Source: Sporopachydermia quercuum
Lineage: Eukaryota
DNA: 63,999 nt
Direction: 5' to 3'
Assembly (NCBI GenBank): GCA_001599295.1
Contig: BCGN01000006.1
Span: 744,001 to 807,999 of the forward strand
The notes beneath the pieces were generated by a model. The model was not told the origin of the DNA. It ran no database searches and saw only the letters and a list, made by a program, of their open reading frames with translations. Shown here piece after piece: positions 54,082-63,560 of the stretch; positions within the stretch are counted from its first letter, which is position 1, and the number at the start of each line of letters is the position of its first letter. Position numbers and translations under genes: made by a program.

Positions 54082-55305
54082 ATGGCTTTACTATCTGCTG
54101 AACAACAGGCTGCACTTAAGACCGAGGTTGATGCCATCTTGCATAAAGTGGTCTCTGGCGATGTCAAAGTACCAGGTGTTGTTGCTGGCATCACTGATAA
54201 AGATGGTAACATTCTCTATTCTGGTGAAGCAGGTGTTAGGTCACTTCGTTCAGGCAGCAAGCCAATGACACAAGACACTATATTTGCTATCTACTCAACT
54301 ACTAAAGCCTTAACTGGTACAGCTGCCTTAAGACTTTATGAAGAAGGTAAGCTTGATCTTGATGCTCCTGCCAAAGAATATTGCCCTGAGTTAGGTGATG
54401 TTGAAATAATTCAAGGATTTGATGAAAATGATAAACCAATTCTCACTAAACCAAAGAATGAAATAACTACGAGAATGTTACTTACCCACACTGCAGGTTT
54501 TGGATATTTCTTCTTCAATGAAAAATACAATAAGTTACTACAAACTACTGGTGAACCAAATATCCTGAAAGCAACCAAGAAATCTCTATTAACACCGATT
54601 TTATTTGAGCCAGGTACCAAATGGGAATATGGGACAAATATGGATTGGGCTGGGCAAGTTGTTGAGGCTATCTCTGGCAAATCTTTAGACAGTTACTTGA
54701 GAGAAATTTTGTTCACACCATGTGGAATGAATGATACAAGCTTCATCAGGAATGAAGACTTTCTCGAAAGGCAAGCTGAGATTCATCAAAGAGATTTGGA
54801 AAAGCCTGAGAACTTGACACCTTTAGGTGACTTATCACCAACTAACCCAGAAGTCCATATGGGAGGGCATGGTCTTTACTCCACTGTTGGTGATTATCTC
54901 AAATTCTTACAAGTTTGGCTTAATGATGGTAAATCTCCTATTACCGGAGCTCAAGTTCTTAAACCTGAGACAATTAAGTATGCCGAAAAGAACCATTTGC
55001 CTGTTGGCACCGAAGTTACTCAATTGCCAGCAGTCGTTCCTGAATTAACACACGCTGCTGAATTTTTCCCTGGTGATCCAAAAAGCTGGGGTATAACTTA
55101 TTTCATCAATGATGTTGATGCACCAACTGGAAGACCTAAGGGATCTTTGGCTTGGGCTGGTTTACCAAATTTGTATTATTGGATTGATCGTAAGAATGGA
55201 GTAGCAGGCTATTGGGCAACACAAGTTTTTCCATTTGCTGATCCAACTTCAGTTGGGGGATACTTCGAAATGGAATCTGCTTTATATAAGACTTTAAAAG
55301 CTTAG
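54082..55305 (+). CDS. Family VIII (beta-lactamase-fold) serine esterase, methyl acetate hydrolase AcmB-like (407 aa, intronless)
   Basis: VPGVVA, SxxK catalytic motif (FAIYSTTKA), LLTHTAGFGY, WEYGTNMDW (catalytic Tyr), GGHGLY, APTGRP, WAGLPNLYYWIDR and YWATQVFPF match my recollection of AcmB/1,4-butanediol diacrylate esterase-type enzymes. Confidence 0.88.
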   Translation: MALLSAEQQAALKTEVDAILHKVVSGDVKVPGVVAGITDKDGNILYSGEAGVRSLRSGSKPMTQDTIFAIYSTTKALTGTAALRLYEEGKLDLDAPAKEYCPELGDVEIIQGFDENDKPILTKPKNEITTRMLLTHTAGFGYFFFNEKYNKLLQTTGEPNILKATKKSLLTPILFEPGTKWEYGTNMDWAGQVVEAISGKSLDSYLREILFTPCGMNDTSFIRNEDFLERQAEIHQRDLEKPENLTPLGDLSPTNPEVHMGGHGLYSTVGDYLKFLQVWLNDGKSPITGAQVLKPETIKYAEKNHLPVGTEVTQLPAVVPELTHAAEFFPGDPKSWGITYFINDVDAPTGRPKGSLAWAGLPNLYYWIDRKNGVAGYWATQVFPFADPTSVGGYFEMESALYKTLKA

Positions 55306-56011
55306 GCAATTTGGATGCTATATGAATATGACGATACGATTTGATTGAAACTTTTCTTTAATAGTTCACGTTTTATGTTATTTTGTAAGTTTAAATTGTA
55401 ATGATAGGATAGAACCAATCGAGGTTTGGTTCCGTAGAACGAAGGTGAAAGAAGAGTAGAACTTACATGGAACATACATACAATCTTTCGACGACAAGAA
55501 TTTATGAACAGTTCTTGATTCTGCTGAACCCTTACTAGCTTTATTCTAAACATCTATGCTTCAGCTATTGTATTGGACAACTATGACTTCAATATGGCAA
55601 TTCCTTTTCCTAGACTTATTTACCTCAGGTACACAGTTTATCGAAAGTCAGTGTGTTTATTCAAAAACTACCCCGCTTTTTCTGTTTTATTGCCTTGAAC
55701 AATGATTGATTAAACTATTTATTGATTATATAATAAACAATTGTGAAAGCTTTGAAATAAAGGGAGGGAGATCTGATATTGTTTAAGGCCGGGTAATATA
55801 TGGCATTTTTGATCACTTTTTCACTTTCTGTCCAGGGCAAAGGATAAATGTGGTGGTAAAGTAAGGAAAGAAATGTCTGAAGATCAGTTATCAAAGTCAT
55901 TGGGATTAATGAGAAAGGGGAGAAAGAAGAGCAACGAACTTGGAGATCAGATCTTTAGGCAGTAAAATCGAATAGTTCACACTTTTGAGTTACATATTCT
56001 TGAAAATCACA

Positions 56012-56416
56012 ATGGCCAACGGTTTGTTTTTATCTGAAGATTCTAAGGTACGTCTTTGATACAGTGTAGTTGAAGAGAGAATAAGTATAATAATGGTTTG
56101 GAATGCTAACTTTTGTTTTCAGGAGAGAATCACCAAAGTATTAGATGCTTCCATGGTTTTCCTTCACTATGGATTTTTGCCATTAGTTTTATATCTGGGT
56201 ATGTGTTTATGTTTATTTTGTTGGGCGTTCGTTAGAATTATTGATAGATTTAGACTAATAGCTGTATTTGCAACTGTATACTAACTATGAGATTAGGATA
56301 TGCTAATAGCAACCCCAAACCTTCATTGATTGCGTAAGTTGATTTCTGCTAAATTTTGCTACATATTTATTGTTCATACTAACCAAATCAGTTTATTGTC
56401 ACCTTTCGGTAACTAA
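56012..56416 (+). CDS. TOM7: Mitochondrial outer-membrane translocase subunit Tom7 (57 aa, 4 exons)
   Basis: Exons 56012-56047, 56123-56198, 56297-56333, 56392-56416. Introns GTACGT..TGCTAAC..CAG, GTATGT..TACTAAC..TAG and GTAAGT..TACTAAC..CAG. Product [57 protein letters not shown] has the Tom7 signature LSExSKERI..HYGxxPLxLYLG..LLSP. Confidence 0.95.
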
Positions 56417-57889
56417 ACTATCGTTATCGGTTCGATATGAATTGAACCACCTACTGTTACTGTCTGTATATAAAGGGAATGTTATTTGTTCATTTCTATA
56501 GAGAAAATCTATTTGTAAGAATGTATTAGAATATCTTAGTTATAGGATCTGATGATACCTTAAACACATCCTTGTTTCAATAGTAGTATGAATTGGAGCA
56601 AGTTGTGGTGTACAAACAACTCACACATTTGATAGTTCGAGAGACTTGAGCGTTTCCTATTCATCGGCTATTGACAAGTCTTGATCTATGTCCGAATCTA
56701 GGCTTTCCAATGTGATACTTATGTGATTGCTGAACAAACGTATTATAGACGTAGTATTATATCTCTTAGATATTCAGAAAGCGACACAGGGTCACTATCT
56801 TTGGTTATTCAATGCTTATCATTCTACGTGTAAAGTCCAATAACTCATCTTCACTGACTGTTTTCTTAATCTTTTTATTATTTTGCCTACCAAGTTTATT
56901 AGGCGGAAGGTACGATCACTCTAATGGCATTAGTCTTATTATTGAGCAAAGAAGACATTTAATACATTGAAGTAGTATGGCTAAAAGCTCCTACTTTTCT
57001 TCCTGCGCATCAAGGTTTTTTATCAGTAACTAAAACTCGTTACTATGGAAAAATATTGTTCGTATTATAGTCGCAGTCTTTGTCAGCATGGATTATTCTT
57101 CCCGTGCAATTCAGTGGCTTACGATGGTCTTCTTTGTTAACTCACCACATTTAGAGCCTCAGACATTGCACGTTCCAAGATGCATGGCTTCTAACTTATT
57201 GGCTTCAAATTGCAGAGTTTATTTCACCAGCAGGAAACTCTGGCTATTCCCCATAAATTCATATAACGTCTGATATTCGATGATTGAGCGGAAAGTCAAC
57301 GGCTATCGCAGATTTCTATATACCCAGAATGATTGATCTCCTTTCAGTTTTGGCTCAGTCACCATCATTTCAGTTGGAATCCGAAGTAAGACATCTTCTT
57401 CTGATGATCGCAAATCCAAATCAAAGCATTCCGTTTTCGTGTGTTACTTCATTCTATAGCAGCAGCTTACATAATACATTTGAATAAAATAAGTATATGT
57501 ATATATATCTAACCGTTCATTTTCATTTGATCCCTTTTTTAAACTTGGCCAACTGCCAAAGGGTGGTTGTAGCCAAAAAAATAAAGTTGTGAAAATCACT
57601 AAGAAAAATCCAACTGCCAAACGCAGCTTAGTTGTCTTTTTTATGTATTTCATTAGCACATGATGAGAAAACGGCCATATTGACCGATGTCGATTATTAT
57701 TTTTTTGATCTGATCTGTTAGTCCAGAATAAATAGATGAAAAAGAGTTTGTATTCTATATTCTAAATCAAACCAAGAATACAAAACGATATAATACTAAT
57801 AAGGGATTGAACTCCTAACAAATACTCTCTAGCTATCTCATTTGCATCTAAAAAGAAAAATAGTAGTTGATCACAATGAGCATAACATT

Positions 57890-58867
57890 ATGAAAGATTC
57901 AAATAGCAGCAGCAAACGAAGAGTGACCAAAAGGACTGCAGAGTCCATCTCTGGGCTCACAGCCGGAATTTGCACAACAGTTGTAGTCCATCCTTTGGAT
58001 TTGATTAAAACACGATTGCAGCTTGACTCATCACGAACAAATAGACTACATATTGGAGCGGTTAAAAGTACGATAAAGAAGATTCAAGCGGATTCTCAGC
58101 GGTATGGGAAAAAGAGCAAGGTTAATTTTGTAAGAGAAGTGTATAGAGGATTAGGATTGAATGTTATAGGGAATGCTAGCGCTTGGGGTTGCTATTTTTC
58201 TATTTACGAAGAGCTGAAAACAGCTTTGACGAGTCATAAACTGGTATCAAAAGAACTATCACCAGTGGATTATCTTGGATGTGCATTCATTTCAGGTATA
58301 TGTACTGCTCTCATTACTAATCCTATCTGGGTGCTTAAGACAAGAATCTTATCAACCTCAAAATTAGATTCAGGAGCATATAAATCAGTATTTGATGGTA
58401 TCAAACAAGTGTTTGCGAAAGAAGGTATCTTAGGTTTTTGGCAAGGTCTTACACCTTCTTTGATGGCAGTCAGTCACGGAGCTATCCAGTTTTCCGTATA
58501 TGATAGCCTAAAAAAATATCGCATGAAACAAAAACCAAAAATATACTCCGATGCATCAGAGAAGCATATGGACGTACCAAGTCTAGGCACGATTGAATAT
58601 ATCATTGGTTCAGCTGCAGCAAAATCAGTGGCCACGTTGATAACATATCCTCTGCAAGTATGTAAATCAAGGCTGCAAGCTTACGGCTCAAAGCAAATAT
58701 ATGGGGAACGGAGAGTTTTTATTAATATGGTTGGAACAATTTATACACGAGAGGGAATTTTGGGATTTTATAAAGGATTGATACCAAATTTGGTAAGGGT
58801 TATCCCTTCTACGTGCATCACGTTCACGATCTATGAACATTCCAAGCACTTATTAACAACAATTTAA
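57890..58867 (+). CDS. FLX1: Mitochondrial FAD/folate carrier (325 aa)
   Basis: Three carrier signatures (HPLDLIKTRLQ, NPIWVLKTR, YPLQVCKSRLQ); GNASAWGCYF and VSHGAIQF are typical of Flx1. Convergent with RPL16, as in S. cerevisiae YIL134W/YIL133C. First in-frame ATG at 57890. Confidence 0.88.
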   Translation: MKDSNSSSKRRVTKRTAESISGLTAGICTTVVVHPLDLIKTRLQLDSSRTNRLHIGAVKSTIKKIQADSQRYGKKSKVNFVREVYRGLGLNVIGNASAWGCYFSIYEELKTALTSHKLVSKELSPVDYLGCAFISGICTALITNPIWVLKTRILSTSKLDSGAYKSVFDGIKQVFAKEGILGFWQGLTPSLMAVSHGAIQFSVYDSLKKYRMKQKPKIYSDASEKHMDVPSLGTIEYIIGSAAAKSVATLITYPLQVCKSRLQAYGSKQIYGERRVFINMVGTIYTREGILGFYKGLIPNLVRVIPSTCITFTIYEHSKHLLTTI

Positions 58868-59074
58868 TGCATATTTAAGGAAATCAATGTACATTTGAAA
58901 TTGAACAAATTTTTCAAACCATTTTCCGTAATCAAAGTCGCCACTATACATATATACCTATTAGAATTGGTTCTTCTACTGTAATTGTTAATATGTGAGT
59001 TTTTAATTCATTACATGATACTATGATAACATTTAATGAGATGAAATTATAAGTTTATTTCAGAGCCATATAAA

Positions 59075-60037
59075 TTAGTAACCGAATTCAGCTAAAGCCT
59101 TGGAAGCTTCAGTTTCAGAAGCAGCAGACTTAGCAGAGGCAACCTTCTTAGCAAAAGCCTTCTTCTTAGCATAGTAAGCAGCAGACTTAACCTTTCTCTT
59201 TTCTTCCAAACGATCGACAACATCAGCATATTTCCAGCCAACTTCAGCACTTAATCTGCCGACAGTGGTGTATTTTCTTCCTTGCTTCAATCTGAGGACT
59301 CTTAGGGCTTGAGGNACAACAACTCTCTTCTTCTTGTCATATGGAGGAGGAACACCCTCGAAAACCTTAAGACGTTCTAAAGCAGCCTTACCACGGGCAG
59401 TCTTGTGAGGAATCATACCACGAACGGCCTTGTAGAAAATTCTTGATGGGGCACGAAAGTGGAAAGGACCACGCTTTTGGTTGAATCTGGTGGCCTTTCT
59501 GAGGTAAGCGTGGTATTTGAGTTTAGCTCTGAAGAAATCACCGGAAATGTTCAAAGCTTCACATCGGACAACAACAACTTGTTGACCGTTGAGGATTTGC
59601 TTGGCAACAGTGGAAGCAAGACGACCTAAAAGGTGTCCCTTACCTATAAGATAGTTAGTATATGATTCAGTATTAGCACCAAAAATAAAACAGAGCGATT
59701 AATCGAATGATAGCACGAAACTGACAGTTTACTGACAATCTGGTGGTATTGTAAATCTGTAATATAGCCGCGAATGTTACCTAGATAACGTGAAATAGAC
59801 CGTTGAATGATCTTATGAACCATAGTGAAGTTTAATATAATTTCTATCGACCGTCAACTAATTCAAGCCCAGATGTTCTGGTGATTAATATTTCATAACA
59901 GCTGTAGATGTTGCTTTATCAATCAAATTCTATCCTCTGCTGATAATAGTACGTCGTTTGTCGCTATCATTCAGTCAACATCAATAATTCAGTTGAAACA
60001 TACCATCAATAACAACAACAGGTTCGAAGGTGCTCAT
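59075..60037 (-). CDS. RPL16: 60S ribosomal protein L16 (uL13) (200 aa, 2 exons)
   Basis: Exon 1 60004-60037 ([12 protein letters not shown]); intron 59644-60003 (GTATGT..TACTAAC..TAG); exon 2 59075-59643 ([38 protein letters not shown]). Confidence 0.97.
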
Positions 60038-60669
60038 TTTTGATCTTTGATGGTTATAATCTAATCTTCTGATTGTTGGTAACCAAAGAATAAACCCGAT
60101 GATCAACTTCAATATCTACTGGTAAATTCAATAGTTAGTAGAAGTAAAGGATATAATGCAAAAGAGTTTATCAGCCTCTAACAAGCCATAGTGTCATTTG
60201 CGTGGGTGAGTAACACTTGGTTGATTATGAGTCGGTTTGCTTGGTAGAGCATTGTGCGTTTCCTAGAATGGACTACACTTGAAGAGTGAAAATCATAAAA
60301 TGAAAGTTCGAAAATTGCGTAGACTTCAGATACTTGTTTGGGAAACCACTTTATAAATACGTGACAATGTTATAAAACCTACAGAAGATCACACGAAAAC
60401 CACATGATCAAAAGTATTAGAAATTTGTTATTGATTATGTAATATTATAATATATAATTGGTCGATAAACCGTACCTTCTCAGCTACACTATTGTGACGG
60501 CGATTACAACAACTAATACTCTCAAAATCTATAGAAAATCATTTTTTTTTTTTTGATCCTTGAGATTACACGTTAGTCTCTAAGTAAGAAGAGATCAACA
60601 AAGGGTTCAAGAATTGACTTGCAACTGACCATATTACATTTATTCCCCTTTAAATCATTAGCTTAGACC

Positions 60670-60748
60670 AACTTAAGCACATTTTTCAAGAAGTCAAAAT
60701 TTGAGTGATAACTTAAGCACATTTTTCAAGAAGTCAAAATTGAGTGAT
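60670..60748 (+). repeat. Direct tandem duplication of a 40-bp unit
   Basis: AACTTAAGCACATTTTTCAAGAAGTCAAAAT(T)TGAGTGAT at 60670-60709 and 60710-60748, differing by one T. Confidence 0.92.
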
Positions 60749-60769
60749 GATAACTAATCAACGAAAAAT

Positions 60770-61694
60770 TCATGAATGAATAATCAAAGGTTTACCTAAA
60801 ACACCAGTAGTATCCACACTTATTGTTGTATTTAGCCTTTTTCCAGGCTGATTACTAAAGTATAAGTTCAAATCACAATAATAACTTATAGCTTGTGTGC
60901 CGTTGACGGACAGTTCCTTGTAGTCAAATGATTGAGTTTCGCATAATATGAACACTTGAACACCAATAGTTCGTGTAATGTATCGTAAGAGAGTCAAAAG
61001 GTTCGTAATTTCCCATTGAACTGGAGATTGTTAGTAAACTATCACATCAAACAAAAGTATATATTTAAAGCCCAGTAGCTACTTACCGTGAACATATGTT
61101 TTACTCATCGAACTTCTAACCAAATGGTGAAAATTATCAATTACAACAATGTTTCTCTCATCTGATTGTATGGTGTTCATTTTTGTTCTTACAAACTCAG
61201 TTAACCCCTTCAAATCGAAGCATCGTATTTTATCAACAGCTGAAGCACAATTTTGTAGACTTCTTCCGTCCACAGATTGGTTTGTTTTGGATAAAGTGTT
61301 TTTCAGTGTACTTGCAATCCCTTTGAGTGGAAACGTTCCAGAAGTATCAATCCACGAAACATGAACAGCTTTGAAGGTATCAGTAGATTCAGGATTTCCA
61401 ATTGATTCAACAATTGCTTCTGAGACCAATTCAATAACGCTCTATTTATCGTTAGATTTCCTCGTCATTCGGATAGAGGGCATAAACAGTCGTTCTCAAG
61501 GAAAATGTATAACATACCTGCAAACAGATGGAATACTTGGATGTCACACTAACCAAATTGACAATAACACCAGAGGGAATTCTTGAATTTGGTATCATCA
61601 CATCTGCATCGTTTCTAGTATCATCGCTACCATCATTTTCTTGCAAGCATTCAATTACAAACCTGGTCAAACAACTGCCACTTGAACTAAACAT
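60770..61694 (-). CDS. CSM2: Divergent Rad51-paralog (RecA fold), probable Shu-complex subunit Csm2 (~260 aa, 3 exons; start uncertain)
   Basis: Three track ORFs join in frame through introns 61442-61517 (GTATGT..TCTAAC..TAG) and 61021-61086 (GTAAGT..TACTAAC..CAG); exons 61518-61694, 61087-61441, 60770-61020. WIDTSGTFPL resembles Csm2 FIDATSSFPL and Rad51 YIDTEGTF; VVIDNF is Walker-B-like; SYYCDL lies near the C-terminus. Adjacent to RPL16 on the same strand, as CSM2 is to RPL16A. Confidence 0.7.
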
Positions 61695-63560
61695 CGGATA
61701 CGCCAATCATCAATCATTACTGAACCAGACAAATCAACAAGTCTCAGGCATCCAATTCACACACAGAATCCCAGATCTTTGATGTTCATGCTTTATCGTA
61801 CAATCCGTACCACTTGTTGGCATAGTTCATCTCTAGCAATGAACTGTTTATCTATTCATTTACATCCGATGACATTCGTGGCATGTGATTTTAGCGTTGA
61901 ATGTCCTGCATGTAAATGCACAATCATGCAATCATCTACTTATTTGTCTGTCATATTTAAGATTTGTCATGATAAACCGTAAACTAAAACAACGTAACTC
62001 AGCCTTGAGTGTCATGTCATGCTCTGACATTATACGATTTCAAGGCTTTCACTATTTTATAGGCTGTGTAGTTCTGCTAACCATTTGATAATGCTTTGAA
62101 AAGCAGATAACTAAGAATAAGGCTTGGATTCGTAAGGTAAGATTAAGTATGGATGAATCACGCTACGTTGCAACTACTGGGCTCTGGATCAAAAGTCTTT
62201 TGTTTATTGAAAGACTGAAAGCAAGCTCTGGACCTTGTCTTCGATTTGAACTAGCAATAACCATCGGAATTATGGATCTAAAATAGAATTCTTAATTACT
62301 GGGATTAGTCGTTGCCTTTTTCAGGTAGTCGTTATTTATTTATTCACAGTATGTAGATTACATGCACATACGACTCACTATTTCATCTGGTTATACTCCA
62401 ATTCATGGGGATATACATTCATGATTTAATTTGAAAACAACAAAATTTCTAAAACACTTATTCATATAACGACCTACTGCCTTTATTTCCAATCTTCCTT
62501 CATATTTATTTCATTCATTCACTCCACTTCTTTCTGCCCAGCCCTTCCGTTCAACCTTCTGTCATCGGGTAGTCCTAGTAATCCTGTACTTCTTGCATAA
62601 TATTTCCCATACTATTTCCTATTTTGTCCTCCGAAGCTATACAAGGAACCTAACTTTATTTAGCTTCATCTCCAGACACTCCCCTAGATCAATAATCGAT
62701 TTCGCACCACCGACCACATAAGTGATCATGATAACAAAAAGAAGCTACTAACACCACAGAGACTTCTCTCTCCACCATTTTCATTATTATTGTTTCACGA
62801 AATAGTCCAATAGTCTTAGCTATATATTGCTTAGTCCGGCTTTAATCTTATGATAGCTTCCTCACTTGTCTCAGCGTAGGAGATAGACGAACAAGAAGAT
62901 TGCGAAACCATGAAGATATCAACTAAATATAGCTACTAGTTACTTGATTTATTAAAGAACAAGATAAAGACGCCTCGCATCGTTCATATTTCAACAAGTA
63001 TGGGTTTATGAAATGAAAGTGGGATCAAAGAAATACAAGTAAATATAACTACGAAAAAGAATATTCCGAATTTATAAATTAGCGAATATTGAAGTCAACA
63101 TTTGGATTATAAAGGCAAGGAAAACTAATTATTGTTGACAGCGGCGTCATTAGGTCTAAATCACATTATCTTAATTATCATTTGGAGCCGTTTGTTTTGT
63201 GCTGTTGGATTCGTTATAAACCCAAGGAAAACAAATCCCATGAACAGAAATTCACGCTCTTGGATTTACTTATCGGACGTTTTAATCGTTATTTTTGCTG
63301 TCTTATCTATCCTGCTCTTGTTTTTGATTATTACATATCTTGAGGGAAGTTTGTAAATAGTCTAGAAGTTCAGCTAACAGTGGCAACAACGGATTGCAAA
63401 GGGATTCAGAAAACAAGAAGAAAGGAAAAAAGAAAAGAAGACAACAACTTACATACATTTAAACTTATTATCAACCGTGAAAGAAGAAAATAATAAAAGA
63501 GAATCAATACATTTCAGGCTTGGGTAGTAACCAACAATCAAGCAATAATCTAACTATATA

